64,000 nucleotides of DNA from Escherichia coli (GTDB taxonomy: Bacteria; Pseudomonadota; Gammaproteobacteria; Enterobacterales; Enterobacteriaceae). The translations under genes and the position numbers were made by a program. Of this stretch, positions 1 to 11,744 are shown piece by piece. The DNA lies in the NCBI RefSeq assembly GCF_024502345.1, contig NZ_JALDNN010000001.1. One strand, written 5' to 3'. The notes below the pieces were generated by a model that did no database searches, was not told the DNA's origin, and saw only the letters and a program-made list of their open reading frames with translations. Every line of letters starts with the position of its first letter. Within the stretch, counting starts at the first letter, position 1.

Positions 1-547
1 GCCGTTTCAGCCACCAGCGCACGCCCACCACCAGAACCACGACCAGAATCAACCAGACCCAGTGCTTCAAATGCTGGTCGAGATTGTGCAACCACGGCGC
101 AATCACCTGACCACCAGCGTAACCAATAGTGGTAAAAATCAACGCCCAGGCAAATGCGCCGAGAATATTCAGCGGCAGAAAGATTTTCGGCGGCAGCTGG
201 CTGGCACCAATCAGCGTCGGGCCAATCACCCGAAAGCCATACATAAAGCGCGTACCAATGACAAACAGATACGGATGGCGTTGGATAAGTTTCTGCGCCC
301 GCTCAATTTTATCCTGATGTTTCGAGAAACGGCGTAACAGCTTGCCGCCAAACCGCCGCCCGCACAGATAAAGCACCTGGTCGCCAATCATGCCGCCAAG
401 CGCCACAGAAAGTACCACCAGCGGGAACTTTAATAGCCCCTGATGTGCCGCAACGCCTCCCAGCAAAGTCACGGTTTCACCTTCCGCCAGGCTACCGATC
501 ACCAGCGCGGCATAACCATATTGTGAGATGAGTGTATTGAGATCCAT
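1..547 (-). CDS. yohD: DedA-family inner membrane protein, C-terminal end cut by window edge
   Basis: Minus-strand translation from ATG at 547 reads MDLNTLISQYGYAALVIGSLAEGETVTLLGG..., multi-pass membrane protein; position next to yohC. Confidence 0.8.
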   Translation of the reverse strand, partial: MDLNTLISQYGYAALVIGSLAEGETVTLLGGVAAHQGLLKFPLVVLSVALGGMIGDQVLYLCGRRFGGKLLRRFSKHQDKIERAQKLIQRHPYLFVIGTRFMYGFRVIGPTLIGASQLPPKIFLPLNILGAFAWALIFTTIGYAGGQVIAPWLHNLDQHLKHWVWLILVVVLVVGVRWWLKR

Positions 548-716
548 AGGCCAGTCTGTCTCCCTTTGGTTGCCTGTAAGCATACACCCTGGAAATCATT
601 CACGCTGAAAAAGGACATACATCAGACGGTGCAAATTACATGGATGAACAAAAAATAATCACAAGCTGACTTATACTTGAACTGTCAGGTTCATGAACTC
701 ACAACAAGGGGGCGGT

Positions 717-1304
717 ATGAGCCATGTCTGGGGACTGTTTTCCCATCCCGATCGTGAAATGCAGGTGATTAATCGCGAAAACGAAACGATTTCTCACCAT
801 TACACCCACCACGTTTTGCTGATGGCGGCGATTCCGGTGATTTGCGCCTTCATTGGCACTACACAGATTGGCTGGAATTTTGGCGATGGCACTATCCTGA
901 AGTTATCCTGGTTTACCGGACTGGCGCTGGCTGTCCTGTTTTATGGCGTTATGCTGGCTGGGGTTGCGGTAATGGGGCGGGTCATCTGGTGGATGGCGCG
1001 TAATTATCCGCAGCGTCCGTCACTTGCGCACTGCATGGTCTTCGCGGGCTACGTTGCAACTCCGCTGTTTTTAAGCGGTCTGGTGGCGCTTTATCCGCTG
1101 GTCTGGTTGTGTGCGCTGGTCGGCACGGTGGCGCTGTTTTACACCGGCTACCTGCTTTACCTTGGTATTCCGAGCTTCCTGAATATCAACAAAGAGGAAG
1201 GCCTTAGCTTCTCTAGTTCGACGCTGGCGATTGGCGTGCTGGTACTGGAAGTGCTGCTCGCCCTAACCGTTATACTATGGGGCTACGGTTATCGTTTGTT
1301 CTAG
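717..1304 (+). CDS. yohC: inner membrane protein YohC
   Basis: ORF 693..1304; likely start at MSHVWGLF giving 195 aa; hydrophobic helices; synteny. Confidence 0.8.
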   Translation: MSHVWGLFSHPDREMQVINRENETISHHYTHHVLLMAAIPVICAFIGTTQIGWNFGDGTILKLSWFTGLALAVLFYGVMLAGVAVMGRVIWWMARNYPQRPSLAHCMVFAGYVATPLFLSGLVALYPLVWLCALVGTVALFYTGYLLYLGIPSFLNINKEEGLSFSSSTLAIGVLVLEVLLALTVILWGYGYRLF

Positions 1305-1477
1305 AAAGTTCTTTGACGTTGCATTGCTGGCGTAAATGTCAGCAATGCAGCATTTCCTCACGATTCTCCTTTGACGATCGCACTTTTTGCTCGTTATGAT
1401 GGCGTCGCTAGCCTCAGTAAATCCTTACTCCGGCGGTGCGCAACCCGTGCGCGTGAACCACTATCTGAATGCTCATC

Positions 1478-2410
1478 ATGCCGAAATTTCGAGTTTCTTT
1501 ATTTAGCCTGGCCCTGATGCTGGCTGTGCCTTTGGCACCGCAGGCCGTTGCGAAAACGGCAGCCGCTACCACCGCTTCACAACCGGAAATTGCCTCCGGT
1601 AGCGCGATGATTGTTGATCTGAATACCAACAAAGTGATCTATTCGAACCACCCGGATCTGGTGCGTCCGATTGCGTCTATCAGCAAATTAATGACCGCGA
1701 TGGTTGTGCTGGATGCACGACTGCCGCTGGATGAAAAACTAAAAGTGGATATCAGCCAGACGCCGGAGATGAAAGGGGTCTATTCGCGCGTACGACTGAA
1801 TAGCGAAATCAGCCGTAAAGATATGCTGTTGCTGGCGCTGATGTCTTCAGAAAACCGCGCGGCGGCAAGCCTTGCGCACCATTATCCCGGTGGTTACAAA
1901 GCCTTTATTAAGGCAATGAATGCGAAAGCGAAATCGCTCGGAATGAACAACACGCGCTTTGTTGAACCTACCGGATTGTCGGTGCATAACGTTTCAACTG
2001 CCCGTGACTTAACCAAACTGCTCATTGCCAGCAAACAATATCCGTTGATCGGGCAGTTAAGTACTACCCGGGAAGATATGGCAACCTTCTCTAACCCGAC
2101 GTATACGCTGCCGTTCCGCAATACTAATCATCTGGTGTATCGCGATAACTGGAATATTCAGTTAACCAAAACCGGCTTTACCAATGCGGCGGGCCATTGT
2201 CTGGTGATGCGTACGGTTATCAATAATAAACCGGTGGCGCTGGTAGTGATGGACGCGTTTGGCAAATATACCCATTTTGCCGATGCCAGCCGCCTGCGTA
2301 CCTGGATTGAAACCGGTAAAGTGATGCCTGTGCCGGCAGCAGCGTTGAGCTATAAAAAACAAAAAGCCGCCCAAATGGCGGCGGCGGGGCAGACGGCACA
2401 GAACGATTAA
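1478..2410 (+). CDS. pbpG: D-alanyl-D-alanine endopeptidase PBP7
   Basis: ORF with signal peptide and SxxK-like active-site region (ASISKLMTA); start trimmed to MPKFRVSLF; synteny with dld. Confidence 0.9.
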   Translation: MPKFRVSLFSLALMLAVPLAPQAVAKTAAATTASQPEIASGSAMIVDLNTNKVIYSNHPDLVRPIASISKLMTAMVVLDARLPLDEKLKVDISQTPEMKGVYSRVRLNSEISRKDMLLLALMSSENRAAASLAHHYPGGYKAFIKAMNAKAKSLGMNNTRFVEPTGLSVHNVSTARDLTKLLIASKQYPLIGQLSTTREDMATFSNPTYTLPFRNTNHLVYRDNWNIQLTKTGFTNAAGHCLVMRTVINNKPVALVVMDAFGKYTHFADASRLRTWIETGKVMPVPAAALSYKKQKAAQMAAAGQTAQND

Positions 2411-2447
2411 GTGAATTCGGATGGCGATACTCTGCCATCCGTAATTT

Positions 2448-4163
2448 TTACTCCACTTCCTGCCAGTTTTTCCGTTTACTGGTTTTACCGATCCCCGGAT
2501 TCATGCTGTTGGTCGGATCGTTCTCGCGATAGAACTTCTGCAACGTCTCCGGTGCTTTATACAAATGACCGACGTTATGCTCGGCAGGGTACTGCGCGCC
2601 GCGCTGCTGTAGCAGTTCCAGCATCTGTTCTTTTAACGCATGCACATCCACGCCTTTTTTCACTATGTAATCCTGATGGAAGACATAGCACATAAAATGG
2701 CCGTAATAGAGCTTGTGCACCAGCTGGCTGTCGATCTCCGGCGGTAAATGCTCATACCACTCGGTGTCGTTACGCCGCAGAGCGATATCCAACGCCAGAA
2801 TGTCTTCGACTTCATCGGAATGCACCGCCTGATAACGAATTGCTGCGCCCGCAGCGGCGAAACGGTGTAAAAACGCTTTGCTGCCTTCCTCCGGCGTACA
2901 GACAAAGAAATCGCCTTCGGCCTGTTTGAAATAATCTACCAGCCACGATTTGGCTTCACCGACGCCATCGCCCGCCATTTTTAACAGCAGATGATGCTCG
3001 TATTTATCGCGCCAGTTTTTCATGCGCGGCGGTAAATGGCTGGGGAACAGGTGACCGAATTTTTGCATCGCACGGTCAGTAAAATGCGGACGGAAGAATT
3101 TCACTTTCTCCAGCATCGCATCGGTGCGTCCCTTGAGATTAAAGAAGAACGGCATCTTGTCGGTGCCTAACTTATCAATCATCAGGAAGGTGTCTTTGCC
3201 GTATTTTTCCGCAATATCGTAGATATCCCGGTGCATATATTCCCCGGCAACCGGCAGATTTTCGAAGTTAGCCAGAATATGACGGCGGATTTCGGTCAGC
3301 ACTTCCGGCTGGTTGGTGCCGATATAAAACACCTGCTGATTTTTTTCCGCCTCGAAGGTATCAAGACGTACTGCAAAGACGGCCAGCTTCCCGGCGCAAC
3401 CAGAAGATTCAAATAACCGATCCGGATCGGCGTTATAACGTGCGGGCGTGTCGGCTTCAATATCACGAACGCGGTGGACATAGTCATAATCGTGGGCGTG
3501 ACGACCATCGTGACGCACATCGTCATCTTTGATGCGATCATCATCCAGCTTGCTAAGGATCTGCTCCGGCGTTTCGCCCAGATCAATCCCCAGATGGTTC
3601 ACCAGCGTCAGTTTGCCGTCTTCATTTATACGCGCGAATAACGACATTTCGGTATACGCCGGGCCACGTTGCACCAGCGAGCCGCCGGAGTTGTTACAAA
3701 TACCACCGATGACCGATGCGCCTATACACGATGATCCAATCACTGAGTGCGGTTCGCGTCCCAGCGGTTTGAGGGCTTTTTCCAGCGAATAGAGCGTGGT
3801 GCCCGGATAGGCCAGCACCTGTTCGCCCTTGCCGAGAACGTGCAGCTTGTCGAGACGCAGGGTGCTGATGATCACGATATCGCGATCATAGTCGTTACCG
3901 TTTGGCGTCGATCCTTCGGTCAGGCCTGTATTGGCAGCCTGCATCAGAATAATTTTGTCGGCGGTGACGCAGGCTTTCAGCACCCGCCACAATTCCAGTA
4001 GTGAGCCAGGGAAAACGACAGCCAGCGCGTCGCCCTGACCAGAACGGAAGCCCTTGCGATAGCGAGCCGTTTTTGCGGGATCGGTGAGCAGGTGTGAATG
4101 ACCGACCAGACGGGCAAGTTCATTCAAAAAGGCTTTATTATCAGTTGTTGTCATGGAAGACAT
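2448..4163 (-). CDS. dld: FAD-dependent D-lactate dehydrogenase
   Basis: ORF 2448..4196 minus; start trimmed to MSSMTTTDNKAFLNEL (571 aa); synteny. Confidence 0.9.
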   Translation of the reverse strand: MSSMTTTDNKAFLNELARLVGHSHLLTDPAKTARYRKGFRSGQGDALAVVFPGSLLELWRVLKACVTADKIILMQAANTGLTEGSTPNGNDYDRDIVIISTLRLDKLHVLGKGEQVLAYPGTTLYSLEKALKPLGREPHSVIGSSCIGASVIGGICNNSGGSLVQRGPAYTEMSLFARINEDGKLTLVNHLGIDLGETPEQILSKLDDDRIKDDDVRHDGRHAHDYDYVHRVRDIEADTPARYNADPDRLFESSGCAGKLAVFAVRLDTFEAEKNQQVFYIGTNQPEVLTEIRRHILANFENLPVAGEYMHRDIYDIAEKYGKDTFLMIDKLGTDKMPFFFNLKGRTDAMLEKVKFFRPHFTDRAMQKFGHLFPSHLPPRMKNWRDKYEHHLLLKMAGDGVGEAKSWLVDYFKQAEGDFFVCTPEEGSKAFLHRFAAAGAAIRYQAVHSDEVEDILALDIALRRNDTEWYEHLPPEIDSQLVHKLYYGHFMCYVFHQDYIVKKGVDVHALKEQMLELLQQRGAQYPAEHNVGHLYKAPETLQKFYRENDPTNSMNPGIGKTSKRKNWQEVE

Positions 4164-4358
4164 TTTCCACTCCTTGTGGTGGCGAAAAAATATCACAAAC
4201 TAGAATAGCGCCTTGTATGACAATTCAGCGAGTGAATATTTTGAAAATTCAGACAATAAACTGAGCATTCTTTTTCTCTCTCCATCATGCTTATGGCAAA
4301 CTACGGTTTTTGCACCATTTTCGCTGCCTCGTCGGGCAACAGAGGAAGAAAAATCCAT

Positions 4359-6656
4359 ATGAAATGGCTATGTTCAGTAGGAATCGCGGTGAGTCTGGCC
4401 CTGCAGCCAGCACTGGCGGATGATTTATTCGGCAACCATCCATTAACGCCCGAAGCGCGGGATGCGTTCGTCACCGAACTGCTTAAGAAAATGACAGTTG
4501 ATGAGAAAATTGGTCAGCTGCGCTTAATCAGCGTCGGCCCGGATAACCCGAAAGAGGCGATCCGCGAGATGATCAAAGACGGTCAGGTTGGGGCGATTTT
4601 CAACACCGTAACCCGTCAGGATATCCGCGCCATGCAGGATCAGGTGATGGAATTAAGCCGCCTGAAAATTCCTCTTTTCTTTGCTTACGACGTGCTGCAC
4701 GGTCAGCGCACGGTGTTCCCGATTAGCCTCGGTCTGGCCTCGTCTTTTAACCTCGATGCAGTGAAAACGGTCGGACGTGTCTCTGCTTATGAAGCGGCAG
4801 ATGATGGCCTGAATATGACCTGGGCACCGATGGTCGATGTCTCGCGCGATCCGCGCTGGGGACGTGCTTCCGAAGGTTTTGGCGAAGATACGTATCTCAC
4901 CTCAACAATGGGTAAAACCATGGTGGAAGCGATGCAGGGTAAAAGCCCGGCAGATCGCTACTCGGTGATGACCAGCGTCAAACACTTTGCCGCATACGGC
5001 GCGGTAGAAGGCGGTAAAGAGTACAACACCGTCGATATGAGTCCGCAGCGCCTGTTTAATGATTATATGCCGCCGTACAAAGCGGGGCTGGACGCAGGCA
5101 GCGGCGCGGTGATGGTGGCGCTGAACTCGCTGAACGGCACGCCAGCCACCTCCGATTCCTGGCTGCTGAAAGATGTTCTGCGCGACCAGTGGGGCTTTAA
5201 AGGCATCACCGTTTCCGATCACGGTGCAATCAAAGAGCTGATTAAACATGGCACGGCGGCAGACCCGGAAGATGCGGTGCGCGTGGCGCTGAAATCCGGA
5301 ATCAACATGAGTATGAGCGACGAGTACTACTCGAAGTATCTGCCTGGGTTGATTAAATCCGGTAAAGTGACGATGGCAGAGCTGGACGATGCTGCCCGCC
5401 ATGTACTGAACGTTAAATATGATATGGGGTTGTTTAACGACCCATACAGCCATCTCGGTCCGAAAGAGTCTGACCCGGTGGATACCAATGCCGAAAGCCG
5501 CTTGCACCGCAAAGAAGCGCGTGAAGTGGCGCGTGAAAGCCTGGTGTTGCTGAAAAACCGTCTCGAAACGTTACCGCTGAAAAAATCCGCAACCATTGCG
5601 GTGGTTGGCCCGCTGGCAGACAGCAAGCGTGACGTGATGGGAAGCTGGTCGGCGGCAGGTGTTGCAGATCAATCCGTGACCGTGCTGACCGGGATTAAAA
5701 ATGCCGTCGGTGAAAACGGTAAAGTGCTGTATGCCAAAGGGGCGAACGTTACCAGTGACAAAGGCATTATCGATTTCCTGAATCAGTATGAAGAAGCGGT
5801 CAAAGTCGATCCGCGTTCGCCGCAAGAGATGATTGATGAAGCGGTGCAGACGGCGAAACAATCTGATGTGGTGGTGGCTGTAGTCGGTGAAGCACAGGGG
5901 ATGGCGCACGAGGCCTCCAGCCGTACCGATATTACTATTCCGCAAAGCCAACGTGACTTGATTGCGGCGCTGAAAGCCACCGGTAAACCGCTGGTGCTGG
6001 TGCTGATGAACGGGCGTCCGCTGGCGCTGGTGAAAGAAGATCAGCAGGCTGATGCGATTCTGGAAACCTGGTTTGCGGGGACTGAAGGCGGTAATGCAAT
6101 TGCCGATGTGTTGTTTGGCGATTACAACCCGTCCGGCAAGCTGCCGATGTCCTTCCCGCGTTCTGTCGGGCAGATCCCGGTGTACTACAGCCATCTGAAC
6201 ACCGGTCGTCCGTATAATGCCGACAAGCCGAACAAATACACTTCGCGTTATTTTGATGAAGCTAACGGGGCGCTTTATCCGTTCGGCTATGGTCTGAGCT
6301 ATACCACTTTCACCGTCTCTGATGTGAAACTTTCTGCGCCGACCATGAAGCGTGACGGCAAAGTGACGGCCAGCGTGCAGGTGACGAACACCGGTAAACG
6401 CGAAGGGGCCACGGTAGTGCAGATGTACTTGCAGGATGTGACGGCTTCCATGAGTCGTCCGGTGAAACAGCTGAAAGGCTTTGAGAAAATCACCCTGAAA
6501 CCGGGCGAAACTCAGACCGTTAGCTTCCCGATTGATATCGAGGCGCTGAAGTTCTGGAATCAACAGATGAGATATGACGCCGAGCCTGGCAAGTTCAATG
6601 TCTTTATCGGCACTGATTCCGCACGCGTTAAGAAAGGCGAGTTTGAGTTGCTGTAA
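4359..6656 (+). CDS. bglX: periplasmic beta-glucosidase (GH3)
   Basis: ORF 4287..6656; start trimmed to MKWLCSVGIAVSLALQPALA signal peptide (765 aa); GH3-type sequence. Confidence 0.9.
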   Translation: MKWLCSVGIAVSLALQPALADDLFGNHPLTPEARDAFVTELLKKMTVDEKIGQLRLISVGPDNPKEAIREMIKDGQVGAIFNTVTRQDIRAMQDQVMELSRLKIPLFFAYDVLHGQRTVFPISLGLASSFNLDAVKTVGRVSAYEAADDGLNMTWAPMVDVSRDPRWGRASEGFGEDTYLTSTMGKTMVEAMQGKSPADRYSVMTSVKHFAAYGAVEGGKEYNTVDMSPQRLFNDYMPPYKAGLDAGSGAVMVALNSLNGTPATSDSWLLKDVLRDQWGFKGITVSDHGAIKELIKHGTAADPEDAVRVALKSGINMSMSDEYYSKYLPGLIKSGKVTMAELDDAARHVLNVKYDMGLFNDPYSHLGPKESDPVDTNAESRLHRKEAREVARESLVLLKNRLETLPLKKSATIAVVGPLADSKRDVMGSWSAAGVADQSVTVLTGIKNAVGENGKVLYAKGANVTSDKGIIDFLNQYEEAVKVDPRSPQEMIDEAVQTAKQSDVVVAVVGEAQGMAHEASSRTDITIPQSQRDLIAALKATGKPLVLVLMNGRPLALVKEDQQADAILETWFAGTEGGNAIADVLFGDYNPSGKLPMSFPRSVGQIPVYYSHLNTGRPYNADKPNKYTSRYFDEANGALYPFGYGLSYTTFTVSDVKLSAPTMKRDGKVTASVQVTNTGKREGATVVQMYLQDVTASMSRPVKQLKGFEKITLKPGETQTVSFPIDIEALKFWNQQMRYDAEPGKFNVFIGTDSARVKKGEFELL

Positions 6657-6665
6657 TGCTTTAGT

Positions 6666-6688
6666 AAGGGCGTGACATTTGCGCCCTT
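6666..6688 (+). terminator. hairpin after bglX
   Basis: aagggcgtgacatttgcgccctt inverted repeat immediately after bglX stop. Confidence 0.5.
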
Positions 6689-6727
6689 TGCCTGATGTTC
6701 ATATCTTAACTTGCTGAATTTTCGCCC

Positions 6728-6776
6728 TTTGTAGGCCGGATAAGGCGCTCGCGCCGCATCCGGCAGGAAACGCCGG
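6728..6776. repeat. REP-type palindromic element
   Basis: gccggataaggcgctcgcgccgcatccggc motif typical of E. coli REP/BIME. Confidence 0.6.
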
Positions 6777-6907
6777 ACCGAATATGCCTCTTAAGTATTT
6801 ATCTGATTCTGCAACTGAATCCGTCCGCTCAGGCTAATCCCGCCATTATCAACTATGCTTTTCTCTTAATTCGCTGAAAACAACAGTAAAAGAATGAGGA
6901 AAGCATC

Positions 6908-7825
6908 ATGCCACTCTCAAAGGTCTGGGCAGGTTCACTGGTTTTGTTGGCAGCCGTGAGCCTGCCGCTGCACGCGGCTTCCCCCGTTAAAGTCGGTTCA
7001 AAAATCGATACTGAAGGCGCGCTGCTCGGCAATATCATTTTGCAGGTACTGGAAAGCCACGGCGTACCGACGGTCAATAAAGTGCAACTCGGAACGACTC
7101 CTGTGGTGCGCGGGGCGATTACTTCCGGTGAACTGGATATCTATCCGGAATATACCGGCAATGGCGCGTTTTTCTTTAAAGATGAAAACGATGCAGCGTG
7201 GAAAAACGCGCAGCAAGGTTACGAGAAAGTCAAAAAACTTGATGCAGAGCAAAACAAGTTAATCTGGCTGACGCCCGCACCTGCAAATAACACCTGGACC
7301 ATCGCCGTGCGTCAGGATGTGGCAGAGAAAAACAAACTCACTTCGCTTGCTGACCTGAGTCGTTATCTGAAAGAGGGCGGCACCTTCAAACTGGCAGCCT
7401 CGGCAGAGTTTATCGAACGCGCCGATGCCTTACCCGCGTTTGAAAAAGCCTATGGCTTTAAGCTCGGTCAGGATCAGTTGCTGTCACTGGCTGGTGGCGA
7501 CACGGCGGTGACGATTAAAGCCGCTGCCCAGCAAACTTCTGGCGTTAATGCCGCAATGGCTTACGGCACTGACGGTCCGGTCGCGGCGCTGGGGCTGCAA
7601 ACCTTAAGCGATCCGCAAGGCGTGCAACCTATCTACGCGCCTGCACCAGTGGTGCGTGAGTCAGTGCTGAAAGAGTATCCGCAAATGGCACAGTGGCTAC
7701 AGCCAGTCTTCGCCAGCCTCGATGCAAAAACATTGCAGCAACTGAATGCCAGCATTGCAGTGGAAGGACTGGATGCCAAAAAAGTGGCTGCCGACTACCT
7801 GAAACAAAAAGGGTGGGCGAAGTAA
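6908..7825 (+). CDS. osmF: glycine betaine ABC transporter periplasmic binding protein
   Basis: 305-aa ORF with signal peptide; first gene of osmF-yehYXW operon. Confidence 0.85.
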   Translation: MPLSKVWAGSLVLLAAVSLPLHAASPVKVGSKIDTEGALLGNIILQVLESHGVPTVNKVQLGTTPVVRGAITSGELDIYPEYTGNGAFFFKDENDAAWKNAQQGYEKVKKLDAEQNKLIWLTPAPANNTWTIAVRQDVAEKNKLTSLADLSRYLKEGGTFKLAASAEFIERADALPAFEKAYGFKLGQDQLLSLAGGDTAVTIKAAAQQTSGVNAAMAYGTDGPVAALGLQTLSDPQGVQPIYAPAPVVRESVLKEYPQMAQWLQPVFASLDAKTLQQLNASIAVEGLDAKKVAADYLKQKGWAK

Positions 7826-7831
7826 TTTCCC

Positions 7832-8989
7832 GTGACTTATCTACGTATTAATCCTGTTCTGGCGCTGCTGCTGTTGCTGACGGCAATCGCAGCAGCGCTG
7901 CCGTTTATCAGCTACGCGCCTAATCGTTTAGTCTCGGGTGAAGGGCGTCATCTCTGGCAACTGTGGCCGCAAACGATCTGGATGCTGGTGGGCGTTGGTT
8001 GCGCCTGGCTGACAGCCTGTTTTATTCCCGCTAAAAAAGGCAGCATTTTTGCACTCATTCTGGCGCAATTCGTCTTCGTATTGCTGGTGTGGGGAGCTGG
8101 AAAGGCGGCGACCCAACTGGCGCAAAATGGCAGTGCGCTGGCGCGTACCAGCCTCGGCAGTGGTTTCTGGCTGGCTGCGGCGCTGGCATTGCTGGCCTGT
8201 AGCGATGCCATCCGCCGAATCTCCACGCATCCGCTGTGGCGCTGGTTGTTGCATATGCAGATTGCCATTATTCCGCTGTGGTTGCTTTACTCCGGCACGC
8301 TTAACGATCTCTCGCTAATGAAAGAATACGCCAACCGTCAGGATGTGTTTGACGACGCGCTGGCTCAACATCTGACGTTGCTGTTTGGTGCGGTGCTGCC
8401 TGCGTTAGTGATTGGTGTGCCATTGGGCATCTGGTGCTACTTTTCCACCGCGCGGCAGGGGGCGATTTTTTCTCTGCTCAATGTCATTCAGACCGTGCCT
8501 TCGGTGGCGCTCTTTGGCCTGTTGATTGCGTCGCTTGCCGCGCTGGTGACGGCCTTTCCGTGGCTGGGGAAGCTCGGCATAGCAGGAACCGGAATGACAC
8601 CCGCACTGATTGCGCTGGTGCTCTATGCCTTGCTGCCGCTGGTGCGCGGCGTGGTAGTAGGCTTGAACCAGATCCCGCGCGATGTGCTGGAGAGCGCCAG
8701 AGCGATGGGGATGAGCGGGGCGCAGCGATTCCTGCATGTTCAGTTACCGCTGGCGTTACCGGTATTTCTGCGCAGCCTGCGGGTGGTGATGGTGCAAACT
8801 GTAGGCATGGCGGTGATTGCGGCGTTAATCGGCGCAGGCGGTTTTGGTGCGCTGGTTTTCCAGGGGCTGCTAAGCAGCGCCATTGATTTAGTGTTGCTGG
8901 GGGTGATCCCGGTAATTGTTCTGGCGGTGCTGATCGATGCGCTGTTCGATTTACTTATCGCACTGTTGAAGGTGAAACGTAATGATTGA
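7832..8989 (+). CDS. yehY: ABC transporter permease
   Basis: 385-aa polytopic membrane ORF; operon position. Confidence 0.85.
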   Translation: MTYLRINPVLALLLLLTAIAAALPFISYAPNRLVSGEGRHLWQLWPQTIWMLVGVGCAWLTACFIPAKKGSIFALILAQFVFVLLVWGAGKAATQLAQNGSALARTSLGSGFWLAAALALLACSDAIRRISTHPLWRWLLHMQIAIIPLWLLYSGTLNDLSLMKEYANRQDVFDDALAQHLTLLFGAVLPALVIGVPLGIWCYFSTARQGAIFSLLNVIQTVPSVALFGLLIASLAALVTAFPWLGKLGIAGTGMTPALIALVLYALLPLVRGVVVGLNQIPRDVLESARAMGMSGAQRFLHVQLPLALPVFLRSLRVVMVQTVGMAVIAALIGAGGFGALVFQGLLSSAIDLVLLGVIPVIVLAVLIDALFDLLIALLKVKRND

Positions 8990-9908
8990 ATTTAGCCATG
9001 TCAGCAAACTGTTTGGCGCACAAAAAGCCGTTAACGATCTCAATCTCAATTTTCAGGAAGGGAGTTTTTCGGTGCTGATTGGCACATCTGGCTCCGGCAA
9101 ATCCACCACCCTGAAAATGATTAACCGCCTGGTGGAACATGACAGCGGAGAGATCCGCTTTGCCGGAGAAGAAATTCGCTCGCTGCCAGTACTGGAGTTG
9201 CGCCGCCGTATGGGCTATGCCATTCAATCTATTGGCCTGTTTCCCCACTGGAGCGTGGCACAAAACATTGCCACCGTGCCGCAATTACAAAAATGGTCGC
9301 GGGCGAGGATTGACGATCGTATCGACGAATTAATGGCGCTACTGGGGCTGGAGTCAAATTTACGTGAGCGTTATCCGCATCAGCTTTCCGGTGGTCAGCA
9401 GCAACGTGTGGGAGTAGCGCGCGCACTGGCTGCCGATCCGCAAGTCTTACTGATGGATGAACCTTTTGGCGCACTGGACCCGGTAACGCGCGGCGCGTTG
9501 CAACAAGAGATGACGCGCATTCACCGTTTGCTGGGGCGTACCATTGTGCTGGTCACTCATGATATTGATGAGGCGCTACGGCTGGCAGAACATCTGGTAT
9601 TGATGGATCACGGTGAAGTGGTGCAGCAGGGGAATCCGCTGACGATGCTGACTCGTCCGGCGAATGATTTTGTCCGCCAGTTTTTTGGACGTAGTGAACT
9701 GGGTGTGCGCCTGCTTTCGTTACGTAGTGTGGCGGATTACGTGCGTCGCGAAGAACGGGCAGAAGGTGAGGCACTGGCAGAAGAGATGACGCTGCGCGAT
9801 GCGCTCTCCCTGTTTGTCGCGCGGGGATGCGAGGTGCTGCCGGTGGTGAACACGCAGGGCCAGCCTAGCGGCACGCTGCATTTTCAGGATCTGCTGGAGG
9901 AGGCGTAA
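8982..9908 (+). CDS. yehX: ABC transporter ATP-binding protein
   Basis: Walker [13 protein letters not shown] signature LSGGQQQRV, Walker B LLMDEP. Confidence 0.9.
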   Translation: MIEFSHVSKLFGAQKAVNDLNLNFQEGSFSVLIGTSGSGKSTTLKMINRLVEHDSGEIRFAGEEIRSLPVLELRRRMGYAIQSIGLFPHWSVAQNIATVPQLQKWSRARIDDRIDELMALLGLESNLRERYPHQLSGGQQQRVGVARALAADPQVLLMDEPFGALDPVTRGALQQEMTRIHRLLGRTIVLVTHDIDEALRLAEHLVLMDHGEVVQQGNPLTMLTRPANDFVRQFFGRSELGVRLLSLRSVADYVRREERAEGEALAEEMTLRDALSLFVARGCEVLPVVNTQGQPSGTLHFQDLLEEA

Positions 9909-9912
9909 GCGT

Positions 9913-10644
9913 ATGAAGATGTTGCGCGATCCGCTGTTCTGGCTCATTGCTTTGTTTGTGGCACTGATTTTCTGGCTGCCTTACAGCCAGCCGCTGTTTG
10001 CTGCCTTGTTCCCACAACTGCCACGACCCGTTTATCAGCAAGAAAGTTTTGCCGCTCTGGCACTGGCTCATTTCTGGCTGGTGGGAATTTCGAGTTTGTT
10101 TGCGGTGATCATTGGTACTGGTGCCGGAATTGCTGTCACTCGCCCGTGGGGCGCGGAATTTCGCCCACTGGTGGAAACTATTGCCGCCGTTGGACAGACT
10201 TTTCCGCCCGTCGCAGTGCTGGCGATCGCCGTTCCGGTGATCGGGTTTGGTCTGCAACCAGCGATTATCGCCTTGATCCTTTACGGTGTGCTGCCCGTCC
10301 TGCAGGCGACACTTGCCGGGCTGGGAGCGATTGATGCCAGCGTGACAGAAGTTGCGAAAGGTATGGGAATGAGTCGTGGTCAGCGACTGCGTAAGGTCGA
10401 GCTACCGCTGGCGGCTCCGGTGATTCTGGCGGGCGTGCGAACTTCGGTGATTATCAACATTGGTACGGCGACGATCGCCTCAACGGTAGGGGCCAGCACG
10501 CTGGGTACGCCCATCATCATCGGGCTTAGCGGATTTAATACCGCGTATGTGATCCAGGGGGCGTTACTGGTGGCACTGGCGGCGATCATCGCAGACCGCC
10601 TGTTTGAAAGGCTGGTGCAGGCGCTTAGCCAGCACGCAAAATAA
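9913..10644 (+). CDS. yehW: ABC transporter permease
   Basis: 243-aa membrane ORF; operon position. Confidence 0.85.
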
Positions 10645-10732
10645 AGGTATAACCTGCGAGCATGACGCCACCAATTCCGCCTAACGCCATAAACAGGAAC
10701 AGGGCGATGACCCCAATTTTAGCTATGCGCAT
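10625..10732 (-). CDS. yohO: small membrane protein (35 aa)
   Basis: Minus-strand ORF translated by hand: [35 protein letters not shown]; not in the supplied ORF track because under 60 aa; overlaps yehW 3' end. Confidence 0.6.
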
Positions 10733-10791
10733 AATGCACTCCTTATGTTAACGAAAGGATTGTACAGTAAAGCGCATTTGTTAACGAATCA

Positions 10792-11523
10792 TTAAATGCC
10801 GAGTGGGAAAATATCATAGCCTTGTTCTTGCCAACTGGTGAGTTGCTGTTGTTGGGCGGAGGTTCGATTTTCACCGCACCACACCAGCAATGTACGGCCT
10901 TCGAACAGTTCAGGGCGTAGTTGATTGAGCGAGTGGGCGAGGACATCAATGCGCCATCCTTGTTGACTGGCAATCCAGCCCTCCAGCCACAGACGGGTGG
11001 TATCGTGAATATTCCAGCCAACCACCAGCGCATCTTTACCCTGTTTTTTACGTGCCGAAGCCAGACAGATGGCGATGTAGTTGATCAGTACGCCGTCGAG
11101 GATCGCCAGCAGCGCCTGGAGAGTCGGTTGTTGGCACTGAAGCCGTCGACGCAGAGGAATAAACAAATGCGTGGTGAGCGTCTGGGCGGGGTAATCCTGA
11201 CCGCGCTCTTTGATCCACGTTCGCAGGCTATGCAGATTGCCGCTTTGCAAGTAAGTCAGTAATGTTTCTTGCTGATCGCGCCAGCCGTTCTGCACATCAA
11301 CATTTTCATTACTGAGCAGCATTTTAACTTTGCTGACCTGCACGCCGTTGTCGATCCAGCGTTTGATCTCGCGGATCCGGTCAATATCGGCATCGTTGAA
11401 CAGCCGATGACCGCCGTCTGTCCGTTGCGGTTTCAGCAATCCGTAACGCCTCTGCCACGCGCGTAACGTGACAGGGTTAATATCACAAAGCAACGCCACT
11501 TCACCAATTGTGTAAAGCGCCAT
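10792..11523 (-). CDS. mlrA: MerR-family transcriptional regulator of csgD
   Basis: 243-aa ORF, N-terminal MerR-type HTH (MALYTIGEVALLCDINPVTLRAWQRRYGLLKPQRTDGGHRLF). Confidence 0.9.
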   Translation of the reverse strand: MALYTIGEVALLCDINPVTLRAWQRRYGLLKPQRTDGGHRLFNDADIDRIREIKRWIDNGVQVSKVKMLLSNENVDVQNGWRDQQETLLTYLQSGNLHSLRTWIKERGQDYPAQTLTTHLFIPLRRRLQCQQPTLQALLAILDGVLINYIAICLASARKKQGKDALVVGWNIHDTTRLWLEGWIASQQGWRIDVLAHSLNQLRPELFEGRTLLVWCGENRTSAQQQQLTSWQEQGYDIFPLGI

Positions 11524-11744
11524 CGTCTCACCCTTGCTCGCGAGGTCCCGGTTTAACTTTAGACGCAGTTTTGCGAACCAGGTAGTTTTGCCCGTTTTTT
11601 GTGCATTTATAGGGTGATTTTATTTTTGCCAGGCGATTTTGAGTGATCGTACTCACGAATTCTCATTTTTCTGCAAGAGTTCAAAGAAAGTTAAACGCAG
11701 GCAATGTATGTTACGCGTTTTAAAGGGAAGTGTGGTTTGCGGGT

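Noticed and set aside
62-337. Plus-strand ORFs 62..337 and 129..317
   Set aside because: They lie antisense inside yohD, whose minus-strand translation is a coherent DedA-family membrane protein; treated as spurious
5571-6563. 330-aa minus-strand ORF and other antisense ORFs inside bglX
   Set aside because: Arg/His-rich low-complexity translation typical of antisense frames in GC-rich coding DNA; bglX on the plus strand explains the region
8049-8886. Several overlapping 90-150-aa ORFs in alternative frames within yehY
   Set aside because: Cys/Arg-rich translations with no start context; yehY permease on the plus strand accounts for the region
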